A stretch of DNA of 63,915 nucleotides, filler included, from Pirum gemmata (lineage: Eukaryota), in assembly GCA_002812295.1 (NCBI GenBank). It is 27 parts of 27 records of this genome, joined end to end, with 100 filler letters (N's around TTAATTAATTAA, not from the genome) between each part and the next. Parts side by side here need not be neighbours in the genome. Positions count along the whole stretch, not along the records: positions 24,893 to 27,082 come from PDIN01007819.1; positions 27,183 to 29,353 come from PDIN01007820.1; positions 29,454 to 31,638 come from PDIN01007821.1; positions 31,739 to 33,645 come from PDIN01007822.1; positions 33,746 to 35,957 come from PDIN01007823.1; positions 36,058 to 38,205 come from PDIN01007824.1; positions 38,306 to 40,476 come from PDIN01007825.1; 20 more parts are not named here. The stretch is one strand, 5' to 3'. The position numbers and the translations under genes were made by a program. The notes under the pieces were generated by a model. That model worked only from the letters and a program-made list of their open reading frames with translations, made no database searches and was not told where the DNA came from. Below, one piece after another: positions 25,524-38,355 of this stretch (position 1 is the first letter of the stretch; each line of letters begins with the position of its first letter).

Positions 25524-26083
25524 GATAGTTTCAACAATTATGAATATACTCATTATAAAGCAGCAGCTGATAGACATAATCCTGATCTTACTAATTATAA
25601 TAAACCAACGAATATAAAATACAAAGAAGCACAAGTACAATGTCACAGAAGAATGTCAACAGATTATATCGGGAGTTCTCCATCTAGATCTGTATCTAGA
25701 TCACCGTCGTTATCACCAAAATCCTCATCTATTGTAAGTAATCGTCATATTTTACAACGCTTTAAATCGGATCCTACTATGGCTAGACGGTTGAGATCAA
25801 GGTCATGGTCTAGTAAAGACGAACCATATGCTGACCAAGAACAAGCAGGTATAATATTGAATAGTCGTTCAAGTTTCGATTCCACGATAAAAATGTCAAA
25901 GCTGTACGATAGTCATTCTTCACCTCTGTTATCATCAATACCATCGCTTAAGTTAGGACACTATGCTGGTAATCTTGAAGAAAAACCCACGCTAGTCAAT
26001 ACTACTTCCAGTGATAACATGGAAGAAGACAGAGAACAACTTAAACGACGGTTTTTTCAGTTACAACAACAGCATCAATTACT

Positions 26084-26157
<74 letters not shown>

Positions 26158-26648
26158 AACAACAATTGAGACAACCACAACAACCACAACAACAACCACA
26201 CCACCATCAGCATCAATTAATACTAGAAGAGAATCATAATCACAACCTTAGGATCATCCCCCCATCCCCCCATCACCAAGACCATCACCAAGAATACTAC
26301 TCTAAACAAATCAAGAATGAGAACAACCTTTTAGAGATGCAAGAACAACAAGACATAATACAAAAAAAACGATTTAATAAAAACTATAATGATTTGGACT
26401 CTGACCAAGATGAAAATAGTGATGAGGGAGCAACCACATTTAAGTTTATATCAGTCACACCACCAAAAAGTAAAAAAGTAGCATCTGCTAAGCAGGAAGT
26501 AGTTACTTGCTCCAATTGTTTCGTTAACGAAACCACTTTGTGGCGTAGAAATTCAAAAAGAAAAATAGTTTGCAACGCATGTGGACTATACGAACAAAAA
26601 TATGGCCGACCTCGACCTCTGAAACTTAAAAAACTTCATAATAATTGA
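25173..26648 (+). CDS. GATA-type zinc-finger transcription factor (single C-terminal CX2CX17CX2C finger), poly-Q/poly-N
   Basis: CSNCFVNETTLWRRNSKRKIVCNACGLYEQKYGRPRPLKLKK. Confidence 0.93.
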
Positions 26649-27353
26649 TGTCAATTTTTTGTTTGTATATTCAGTTGTTTTGGCATCATGAAATATACAA
26701 TAAAAAGTACGAAATTAATATAATATAAATCCATTTAATTTAATTTGGTATTTTTTATTATCTATATATGTATTGATTTAAAATGTCAATTTAAAGATTA
26801 TTACCCTCCAAATAAATATTCAGAGTGACAAAATAAATGAAAGACACGATATATATAATATAAATGATAATGATGTATTAATCCGAAAAAAAATGTATTC
26901 GAGGTCGGATGTAATTAATATTGATATAATAACATTGATTTTTTTAAAAAAATCAATATACTTCAATATAATATTATGAGATTTCAAATAATTTCTATAT
27001 TTTTATAATATATATTATATTCTATATAATATTATATATTAATACATATTATTATTATTATTATTAATGTTATTGTTAACGTNNNNNNNNNNNNNNNNNN
27101 NNNNNNNNNNNNNNNNNNNNNNNNNNTTAATTAATTAANNNNNNNNNNNNNNNNNNNNNNNNNNNNNNNNNNNNNNNNNNNNTAATAGTAGTAGTAGTAG
27201 TAATAGTAATAATAATAATAATAGTATTAATTGTGTAAAATTGTCTTGAACTATATAAGCACCTTCTGCCACGTTGCTACAATTTATGTAATAATAATAA
27301 AAATGAAATAGTACTAGACTAGTACTAGCTAGCTAGTAGTAATAATATCACGG

Positions 27354-27561
27354 TTTTTTTTTTTTATTTATTTGTGTAGTTTTCGCACATCGTTCTCAGT
27401 TAAGAACCTCCAATGTATAGCGGGGTGTCCCTCCGGTAGCGACTGGATCTAGCACCCTTTCTTTTTGTTTCGACATTTGACAGTGCTGGCTGGCAGCGGA
27501 ACGAACCGCTAACCTTTAGATTTTGAGACTCTGCTCTAAACCAAGGAGCCACATTTACCCC
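27354..27561 (-). mobile_element. tRNA-derived SINE (~210 nt) with poly(A) tail
   Basis: Minus strand: GTGGCTCCTTGGTTTAGAGC (A-box/D-arm-like), AGCGGTTCGTTCCGCT (T-arm/B-box-like), a unique body, then AAATAAATA12. No intact acceptor stem. Confidence 0.65.
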
Positions 27562-28659
27562 TACGGTAATGGTATATATCAGTTATATATCATATTATCA
27601 TAATAATAATAATATTGACAGTATTACATAGCAAGATAATAATAGCAATAATAATAATAATATCTCGAGGGGGGGGATAATAATAATGTATCTAATAATA
27701 ATAGGAATCTTTTTCCAACAACAAATATAAAGACTAGAATATAAAGATAATAATAATTATTTAGAATCGTTTAATCAAACCTAAATATTGATCGAGCTCG
27801 AAAATATAAATACTAACTTCGCATCAAAGGATGACTGGCTGATCTCTCGCTCGATCTCACGCTCAGACCCCTTCAGTCTCAAGTTCAGAGTCCAGAGTCC
27901 AGAGTCCAGACCCCCTTTTCGTCACAAGTATTATTATTGATATTAAATATAATATATTAGTCTAATAATCTAAACTACTCTTTTATTGATAATAATGATG
28001 GAATGATGGACAATTACACCCTTATATAATCAAGGTAGTCTAGTGACAATAACAACAACCAACAATAACAATAAAAATAACAATAACAATAACAATAACA
28101 ATAACAATATAATAACAATAACAGCAACAAAAACAAAAACAATAACAAAAACAATATCAAAAACAAAAACAAAAACAATAATAATATTAATAACAATAAC
28201 AATAACAATAACAACAACAACAATAATAATAATAATAATAACAATAAAGCTTCAACCAACATGTACCATATTATACTAGCTAGAGTCTGTTCTAGTCTAG
28301 TGAGTCTTTCAATATCATTTATAATCGTGTTTTAATTATTATATATATATTATACTATGCCAAAGGGCCAAAAGACAGTCAAAAGACCCACATCTAGTTC
28401 CATATTTATATAGAGTTTATGGGTATGCAGCGAATTGGAGGCCGAAGGCCGACCCGACATACTCCGAAGACGCCGACGCCGAAGGCGTCGGTGATAATAA
28501 CATTAATATTGTTTATTTATCATATATATTCTCCTCAGATAGTATCACCAGTTATATTAATTACCTAATAGTTTACCTAATAGTATCGGAATATTGTCAG
28601 ATAATATTATATCACCAGCTATATTAATTACTTATTTTCATTCGTTTGCTATTACTACT

Positions 28660-29310
28660 ACAATAATCATCATGACACTTATTGCAGGTAATAATTCCCA
28701 ATGATTGGTTTTGCTCATGATCAGAGCAGAAAGAATGGACATAATTGTTATAATACATTGGGAGCATTTATGTGCCATTCCTACTTCTTTGTTACATACA
28801 GTACAAGCTAGAGCTGTTTCTGTGGCTGTGGAATTTATCATACAAGAATTGCATATTATGTTTTCATAATCTGGATCATTTCCAACGTTGGAACACTGTT
28901 TGTGTACTTCAATTTTACAAGTTTTACACTTAAGATTATATCCACATTTTTTTTTACACACACCGCATGTTGTAAGAAGCATGTTCAAAACAGATTGCGT
29001 TCTTTTAGCATTATTATTATCACGGTTATTAGCGTTCTTTTAGCATTATTATTATCACGGTTATTATTAATATTCTTATTGTTAGCAGCATTAGTTTTAG
29101 TAGTAGTAGTAGAAGTAGTCATGAAAGTTGTAGTTATATCATTACTATCATTGCTACTACTATTATTATTATTATCAAAATTAGTGTCAGTTAAATTAAA
29201 GGATCAATTTCGTACAATATTGTACCACTTTTTAGACCTTCTTTAAAAACATCTTGATTATAGTTTCTCTTAAAGTTTTTCTCATTTGGCATGGTGTACG
29301 AAATTGATTT
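28660..29310 (-). pseudogene. Tandem PHD-like zinc-finger pseudogene, possibly transposase-derived
   Basis: CGVCKKKCGYNLKCKTCKIEVHKQC..ICNSC. A second finger CTVC..AHKCSQCNNYVHSFC..ITCNKC is restored by deleting 5 nt at 28749-28755. Confidence 0.6.
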
Positions 29311-29470
29311 ATAAGATTTATAATAACAGAATAATAATAATAATAATAATAATNNNNNNNNNNNNNNNNNNNNNNNNNNNNNNNNNNNNNNNNNNNNTTA
29401 ATTAATTAANNNNNNNNNNNNNNNNNNNNNNNNNNNNNNNNNNNNNNNNNNNNCTACTACTACCACCATC

Positions 29471-29502
<32 letters not shown>

Positions 29503-29664
29503 TACTACTAAATAAATATTTATATGATTTAATTTTTAATTTTTATTAGTAATAGTCAAGGAGTGAGGCGTCGGGAAAATAATATTTATGGATTAGATTT
29601 AGATAATGATGCTGACGACGAAAGAAAAACTTTTAATGGTAATAGTACTAATCAATATTAATTA

Positions 29665-30570
29665 TTAGTATATTCGAACCGTGTATTTTTAGACCCATTT
29701 CGATTATAAATATTATTATAAGTAAATAAATAAATAAATAATATAATGAAGTTTTGTTCAGTACGAAAAGATTGATATTTCGAGCCGTTTATTATAAATA
29801 AATAAATACAATAAAAGCTTTGTTCAGTAATCTTGTCGGTTCGATATTTATTAATAAATTGCATGGCTTTTTTTTAAGTTTGGGGATTTTAGATAAGGCT
29901 TTTGGGTTTTTTGGGCAAGGTTTTGGGTTTTCAATATTAATTATCAATATATTCGAACCGTTTATTTTTAGACCGATTTTGATTAAAAATATTATATATA
30001 AATAAATAAATAATGTAATGGAAATTTGTTCAGTACCAAAAGATCGATATTCCGGGCCTTTATTATAAATAAATAAATAAATACAACAAAAACTTTGTTC
30101 AGTAATCTTGTCGGTTCGATATTTATTAGTAAATTGCATGACTTTTTATTAAGTTTGGAGAGTTTAGATAAGGCTTTTGGGGTTTTTGGGCAAGGTTTTG
30201 GGTTTTCAATATTAATTATCAACATATTCGAACCGTTTATTTTTAGACCGATTTCGATTATAAATAATATAAATAAATAAATAAATAAATAATATAATGA
30301 AAATCTGTTCAGTGCAAAAAGATCGATATTTCGAGCCTTTTATTATAATTAAATAAATACAATAAAAGCTAAGTTTGGGGATTTTAGATAAGGCTTTTGG
30401 GGGTCTTGGGGTCTGAATATTAATTATCAATGTATTCGAACCGTTTATTTTTAGACCGATTTTGATTATATAAATATTATAAATAAATAAATAAATAAAT
30501 AATATAATGAAAATTTGTTCAGTACAAAAAGATCGATATTATTTCGAGCAATTTATTATAAATAAATAAA
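29665..30570. repeat. ~275-bp tandem satellite (3-4 units)
   Basis: ATTCGAACCG recurs at 29672, 29951, 30226 and 30434; the last unit is internally deleted. Confidence 0.9.
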
Positions 30571-32138
30571 TATTTACAGTTGTCCTCTCAATCTTTAATT
30601 CGGCACTGTTTAAGTGTATGATTGAACTTGTCTATAAAATAAAATATTTAGAATAAAATACCAAATTAATTAAAACATGTCTGATAATAATAATTTGGTA
30701 GGTTTATTTCAGTTTTTGAACTGGGCAACACTTGAAAAANNNNNNNNNNNNNNNNNNNNNNNNNNNNNNNNNNNNNNNNNNNNNNNNNNNNNNNNNNNNN
30801 NNNNNNNNNNNNNNNNNNNNNNNNNNNNNNNNNNNNNTTTTTCGGGAAAAACCTTTGAAGCGAGACTAGTTTGAAACTTTCGAAATTTTTCGATCTAATT
30901 TTAAGTATTGACTCACTTTTGATTTCATTAAAAAATTTCATAGGAAAAACTTGAAACTCGAAAAAAAAAGAATATCATTTTAAAATTGTCACTATTTAAT
31001 AATTAGAATCGAGCTGTTCGATTCGATTATGTTTTCCCATATCTCTCTACACTTTAGTTCCTATAGTTATATTTTGTCAATATTTTGTCAATATTTTTAT
31101 TACTATTATTATCAAGGACTTTAGTTATTATTATTATCATTACTATTTTAAAATTTATTTATTTGTTTATTATTAGACTATTATTAGTATTGATATTCGA
31201 ATTTGTTATTTTTTGTTGCATATTATTATTATTCTGATTTTTATTATTTTTATTATTTTTATTCTTGATTTTTCTTACTGAGAACCAATAAAAACCTCTG
31301 AATGCCCTCACCTTCGAGTCCGTCTCGTTACGCCTTGACTCCACTCAACTACCCCTCTGGAATGTTGGAATAACACTTTCTTAATTGGTATGTATTCTTT
31401 ATATTAGTTGTAATCTCGCTGTCTATAACTCGTTTGCATTTTCCCTTATATGATTTTAATTATTTTTATTACTATTATCAGGGCTTTAATTATTATTGTT
31501 ATTATTACTATTATATTTATTTGTTTATTATTAGTGTTGATATTCGAATTTGTTATTTTTTGTTGTATATTATTATTCTGGCTTTTATTATTCTTATTAT
31601 TATTATTAATACTATTATTATTATTATTATTATTATCANNNNNNNNNNNNNNNNNNNNNNNNNNNNNNNNNNNNNNNNNNNNTTAATTAATTAANNNNNN
31701 NNNNNNNNNNNNNNNNNNNNNNNNNNNNNNNNNNNNNNTAGTTTGCGATAATAAAAAGTTTACCATTTCCAATAAATTGTACATAATATTATTCCAGTGA
31801 GCGTGAGATATCGAATTTCCATACCAGTCTATAATTTAACTCCATATTTATCATTGTTCATTATATCAGATATAACTCTTGTAATAATACTGTTTTATCA
31901 TCATAAAATATACAATAAAGAGTGCCAAATTAACACAATATAAATCCATTTCACTTAATTTGGTATATTTTGTATTATATATTTATTTATTTGAAAGTAT
32001 CAATTTAAATATTATAAACAACCAAATAAATATTCGGAGTGACAAAATAAATGAAAAGCACACATATAGACCTATGTGTATTATTTTTATCCTTATTGTC
32101 ATTTAGTCTATGTTCTTTATATATACGATATAATATAT

Positions 32139-33445
32139 GGAACCAGATTTGGGTCTTTCGGCCCTTGTAGTTTCGAAGTGCTTCAGCTTTTAGTAACTAT
32201 GATGGTATAATATTGTGCTTTTCTTTTATTTTGTTACTCCGAATATTTATTTGGTTGTTTATATTATTTAAATTGGTACTTTTAAATAAATAAATATATA
32301 ATAAAATATACCAAATTAAATGAAATGGATTTATATTGTATTATTTATTGTAAATTTATGACGACAAAAAACCTGAAAAGCCCAATAGATTAGTTTCAAA
32401 GTGTTTCCACCTAGCTAGCTATGGTGGAATAAGTGTGGAATATTTCATTACTCCCAGCCAAACAATATTTTAATGTTATGGGTGGTACGATATCAATCAT
32501 ATACGTAGCATACACTTATAAAATTTAGGCTACTTTTTGAAACAATTGAAACTTGAATCTAATCTATGTGTACCCCTATCGCATATTATCGCATTGTGTA
32601 AATGCTTTTCAGTTGTTTATTATTAATTCATCATATAAAACTAATAAAATGCATTTTTATTGAATTTGGTATTTCATTTAATAATCAAATTATTTAATAT
32701 CTATTTATTTAAAATTTCAAATTTGACGATGAGCCACTGGTAAATATCAAGAGCTGATTTCGATGTATGTAGTACACACATATACTCATATATTATCATA
32801 TTATTAAATATCGATATAAGCAGTCTATATAATATTATATAGGCAAGAATAATAATAACTATTGGCATCTATATATAGTTGTGGTAGTCTGTTTGATTTT
32901 TTTTTTTAAAAAAATTAAAAGAATGGCTGCTGTTTTAATTAAGCTTGGCATTCTTGAAGACAGTAATCATACATCTTAATTATACGTCATAATATTAATC
33001 GTACATCATTATCATACATCATAAGCATAATCATAATCATAATCATAATCATAATCATAATCATAATCATAATCATAATCATAATCATAATCATAATCAT
33101 AATCATAATCATAACCAACCATTTAAAAGACTCATTTAAGTTTTAAAAACAAATTTTCCAGAAGGGTAAAGAATGAGATTTGTTATGAAATTTCCATAAA
33201 AAATAAGGATCTCGAAAGTATCTCGAACTATAAAAAAAATTAAATAATTTTATTATTCTTTCGCGGTCGTGCGATACAAACTATATTTGTGTCACAGCTC
33301 GTGAGTTTCGAGCTCGAGATAAGGTGATGACGTCATACTAAACTCGAAAGAGATGAAAAGAGTGTTAGGTGAATGTTAGGTGCCCAATGTGGGATTTGGG
33401 CACAAGAATATATAATAAAGTTTCGAAAGACCCAAATCTGGTTCC
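32139..33445. mobile_element. Non-autonomous ISL2EU-like DNA transposon (family C), 1307 bp, in (AT)n
   Basis: Perfect 22-bp TIR GGAACCAGATTTGGGTCTTTCG (32139-32160 / 33424-33445) flanked by ATAT on both sides. It carries a nested family A MITE at 32211-32387. Solo ends occur at ~28362-28401 and 60772-60801. Confidence 0.75.
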
Positions 33446-33959
33446 ATATATATATAATATATGATATAATAATTAATATTGTAATATATTCCGGTATACT
33501 AATATATATGCACATAATAACTTTCTAGACTCGAAACTCAGTTCGATAAACGACAAAGTTATTACCTGATTACCTGGGTACATTTGATACATAAACAATA
33601 TATATTATCTGATTTATTATTTGATAATAATATATAAAATAATAANNNNNNNNNNNNNNNNNNNNNNNNNNNNNNNNNNNNNNNNNNNNTTAATTAATTA
33701 ANNNNNNNNNNNNNNNNNNNNNNNNNNNNNNNNNNNNNNNNNNNNTTTTTTCTTGTTCTTTTTCTTTCTCTTGTTCTTGTTTTTAAAATAAAACCTTAAT
33801 TTTAGTGTGTCGCTTCTGGTTTAGCTCGATTGTTTTATTAGAACTTTATATTGTGAATATCATCTTATAACTTAACAGTTCTTCCCCGTGTAACTTAACT
33901 ATCCACCCTACCTTAAACCGAAACCAAACCCCAACAACGTTTATTTTTAATACTTTTAG

Positions 33960-35734
33960 CAACACTAACGCTGTACAATTTTCGTTTGATAGTATTGATG
34001 AAGAACGTAATAAGCTAAAGATGGAGGTGACTTTACACTACCCCGGCTCATTTGGTATATCTTGTTTTGGATATCCTCGTTATGCACCCAATATTTTAAT
34101 GGTATATTTCTATTTTCCAAAATTTACTCTTTTGTTTGTCCTATGTTGCTGCTATTTGTTTTTTGTTTTTGTTTTTGTTTTTTGTTTAAATAATATCCAC
34201 TTCTATTGTATTGTAATTATTATTTTTATTATTATCATTATCATTATTTTATTGCACTTTTATTATGCTATTGCGATTACCATTGCTATTTCGTGCTTCT
34301 TTATTACTTATCTTGATGCTTTTATATTTGTGCAGAATGATGTTTCTCCAGAGCAACTCCGATGGAGGTTGATTCAAGGTGTTCAATCTGGGCAATTTCA
34401 AAATATTGTAAGTATTTTGTCTTACCCTTCCTTAAGTTATTTGTATCGGATTCCAACCGTATTTCCAACCTGTAGTATTTATGCGATTTTTTAACTTAAA
34501 ATACAGAACAAATGTTAACTTGGTGATAAATTTAACCATAAACATTTCTGTAATACGAAGTTTAATCTATCAATAATCATGGCTTTATTGTCATTCTTTT
34601 ACCCAAACCCAAAAATCCTTAAGTTGTTGCTATTTCGTTTATTACCTTATACCTTTTACAGGTAACCTGTAGTTCATTATTTCTCGTATTTTTATTTTGT
34701 GTACCTAATTATAAGCACGCCATTGTGTGTCTCACTTTTAGACAGTCCACCCTTTAGTAATTTTTGTTTCTTGTGAGCAGGTAAATGAAATACAAAGTTT
34801 GAGAGAAGGCTCGGTTGCACAAAAACTTCAAGAAATAGCGAATAATCCTGATCAATACCTAAACCAAAGTACATCTCATAATACAAATGCATTTCAAAAC
34901 CAAAATACGTCTCAAAGCCAAAGTCAGAGCAATTTTCAAAACCAGAACCAAAACCAAAATCAAAATCAAAATCAAAATTCGAGTACTAGTGTAGACAATT
35001 CTGGACTTTATTTGCCTACCCTAAAAAAAGGTATTGATACTTATGTAAATCATATTGCTATTACACTAAGTACTATGTAGCTTATTTATCTATCTTGTTG
35101 ATCTTATCACCATTTATACATTCATATATATATATATTATTACCATTTCAATGTTTATCATTATCATTATCATTATCATTGTCATCATTATCAACATCAG
35201 TATCATTATATCGATATATTAAGATCATTACCTACAACCTATACCAGTACCTGTTTGATTTTATATTCACGCCAATTTAATAAAAATAGATGTCCATTCT
35301 CTTCGAACATTATCATGTCATGAAAAATTAAAAACTGTGTGTGCATCACTATTTTAATTGTTATTGTTAAATCATGTTCACAGTATTAATCATTAGCACC
35401 ACCCTTTGCCATTTTTTTTTTGCGTTGTTAAGTTTTATTATTGTTGCTTTTTATTTTTCTTTAAAATTTATAAACTTGTTTATAAACTTATTTGTAATTA
35501 TAAATTTGGATTTCATAGTTCCATCACATAAAATCTTAAGTACATCATGTAGTTGTAAGATAAGCCCCTAATTTTGACACTCATTTATCTAATCATGCTT
35601 ATTATAATGTACTTTACTAAAAAATAGTAACGGATAACGATATGGTAGCTTTCAAAGCGGAAAAGTTTCAGCGCTCTCTAATACCGACTGTCCCTCCTCC
35701 ACAAGAGGTAACTAAAAATTTGTATAGCTGTTAA
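33960..35734 (+). CDS. NUP42: Nucleoporin NUP42/NUPL2 (Amo1-like), C-terminal part, spliced
   Basis: In-phase GT-AG exons 33960-34101, 34336-34407, 34781-35030 and 35628-35707/35734. They give FGISCFGYPRYAPNILMNDVSPEQLR (NUP42 SPEELR region) and terminal FKAEKFQRSLIPTVPPPQE, resembling the Gle1-binding FxxxxFxxxxIPxxPPP motif. Confidence 0.75.
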
Positions 35735-36162
35735 GATATTATCAATAAAAAATAATTTTCTTGAGTAAATTCCAGTCGTAGTAGACCTAATTTAGCTATA
35801 GTTCTTAGAAATTGTTCAAATTATAATTATAACTATAAAAATAACGGCATGAGTATCTTTCCTTATTAGAAAAATAAATAGAATAATGACTATAATCAAC
35901 AACCAACTCAACAAGCACACAACAATAACTAAAACATAAAAACTTATAATTTTAATGNNNNNNNNNNNNNNNNNNNNNNNNNNNNNNNNNNNNNNNNNNN
36001 NTTAATTAATTAANNNNNNNNNNNNNNNNNNNNNNNNNNNNNNNNNNNNNNNNNNNNCAAGACCTTTCTATAGATATTAGGAACACTATATTATTAGACA
36101 AAAAATAGAAAACTTTTTTATAATGACCTAAAAAACTGCATTCCCACACAAAAAAAATAATA

Positions 36163-36202
<40 letters not shown>

Positions 36203-36895
36203 TAAAAAAATAAAATAAAAAATATTTGGTAAGTCCCCATAGTATTCAGTTATGAAATTTATGCAGCACTATAGTCTATAATATAATATTATTACTCTTA
36301 TATTCCTGAGGGATTAAGGTTAGACTATATAGGATAGGGTTATTAAGATGTTCGAGACTTAATAATAACTAAGGGACAAGTTACAGTTAGGAACTTGACC
36401 ATGTAAGGGGCTAAGTCAGGGTTGGGCTATAGTCAGGATAGAGTTAGAGTTAGTCTGTGTCGGCTATAGTGCGGTTAGGTTTAGGTTTAGGGGTAGTTAG
36501 GACTAGCAGAATCATACATGATTTGTTATACAGGAATCCTACTACTACTACTACTATGTACCGTAGTTGACTGCTAGCTACTTGCTACTATCTTACTTTA
36601 GGGTTAGGGTTAGGGTTAGGGTTAAGGTTTACATTATCTTATAATAGGTAAATATTACTAAAATGGTATCGGTATGATTTTAATGATTTACTTTATTAAA
36701 AATATTTGTTGCTCATAACAATGTCATGGCAAAGAAGTTTCCAATGTTTATTAGAACTTTTACTTCACGCTTTAGTAAACGCTTTGTATATGATGCAGAT
36801 TATAATACTGTATAATTTATTTTACTTTTAAAAGATTATTACTATTTAGTGTTGTGTAATTAACTATTATTGTTAATTAGAATAAAAAACTTAAA

Positions 36896-37456
36896 TTAAA
36901 CCATATACATAAAGCACTCGGCATAAAAGCGGGTAATAATATCATCATTCTCGTTAACTAATTTAACAGGAGTTGAAAGTCTAGAATAAAAACCTTTAGT
37001 TAAATCGACTTCAAACTCTTGTGAGTGAACAAGTTCAAAATTAGAGCTAGCAACCCAATTACATTCGTTATCTTTTTCGTAAGAACAAATGTTTGTACTG
37101 GCCTCACCATTATTATTATACTTGGTGGTGATATTAGTAATCGCGTAAGCAGTAGTCACATCTTGGACCAAATCACCAGAAAGTTTATAAGTAAAAGTAA
37201 ACTTGCCTGTAGTACTCATCAAGCTTTCCGTTTTCACTGCTGACACTTCCACTTCCGCTTTAGCGTCTTGGAGAAGATTATTTTCATTGGTAAGCCAATC
37301 TAAAGGGGTTCTTGTGATAATACACGCTTGAGGTTTTGGAATTAGGTTGACAATGTCCTCCATTGCATTTTCTGGTATATTTTCTGGAACATTTTTGGCC
37401 GAAGGAACTAAAATGACACTGAAAAGAGTGGTTACTCCAAGTAATAGGTAAAACAT
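36896..37456 (-). CDS. Secreted hypothetical protein (186 aa)
   Basis: ATG at 37456 gives signal-like MFYLLLGVTTLFSVILVPSA. Intronless, beta-rich-looking, four Cys. Confidence 0.7.
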   Translation of the reverse strand: MFYLLLGVTTLFSVILVPSAKNVPENIPENAMEDIVNLIPKPQACIITRTPLDWLTNENNLLQDAKAEVEVSAVKTESLMSTTGKFTFTYKLSGDLVQDVTTAYAITNITTKYNNNGEASTNICSYEKDNECNWVASSNFELVHSQEFEVDLTKGFYSRLSTPVKLVNENDDIITRFYAECFMYMV

Positions 37457-38355
37457 AATGACTTTTGTTATTATAAATAAATAAATAAATAAAATTGATA
37501 GCAAGAACTATTATTAGTGAATTATGAGTAATTAATCATTAATATTAATTATATTATTATTATTATTATTATTATTAATTTAAAAATTCTTGTATATGAA
37601 AAATCTGCCTTATATACCAATATTTTTATTTTTTATTTAAATTTTGTTTTTGTTTTTGAGCTGTTTTTAACTTTTAAAAGACTACCATTATTTTATGATA
37701 GTATTTATCATAATAATATAAATAATAAAATTTATAATAATTCAAATTTGCTAAAATATTGGTAAAAATTGAGTATTTTACGTATTTTGGTGCTTTTTGT
37801 TTCTTGTATTTTCGTAGTTTCCCACTCAATCTATGATGTATACATGCGTGTACTGCGTAGTCCATATGCACGCACTATTATCGTGATATCATAGTAGTCC
37901 GAGTCTCCGAGATGGTGTCAGGACTCAGGACCAGGACGTATTATGGCCCTTTAAGTATGGGCTCCTTTTACGATTTTACCAACGGTCCAAAAAGCACCAA
38001 TAACTCTAGCTAGTAATCTGGGGGGGGGGCTAGGGGCTAGGCACTAGCCAATTTTAGTATTAATAATGGAAGTGTAACGAGCAGAACGAGTACTGTGTGT
38101 GTACAATAGACTATCATAATATTGTGCTTTTCATTTATTTTGTCACTCCGAATATTTATTTGGTTACTTATAATATTTAAATTGATACTTTTAAATAAAT
38201 AAATANNNNNNNNNNNNNNNNNNNNNNNNNNNNNNNNNNNNNNNNNNNNTTAATTAATTAANNNNNNNNNNNNNNNNNNNNNNNNNNNNNNNNNNNNNNN
38301 NNNNNAATAATAATAATAATAATAATTACATTACAGCAGCATTTTTGTTACTTAC

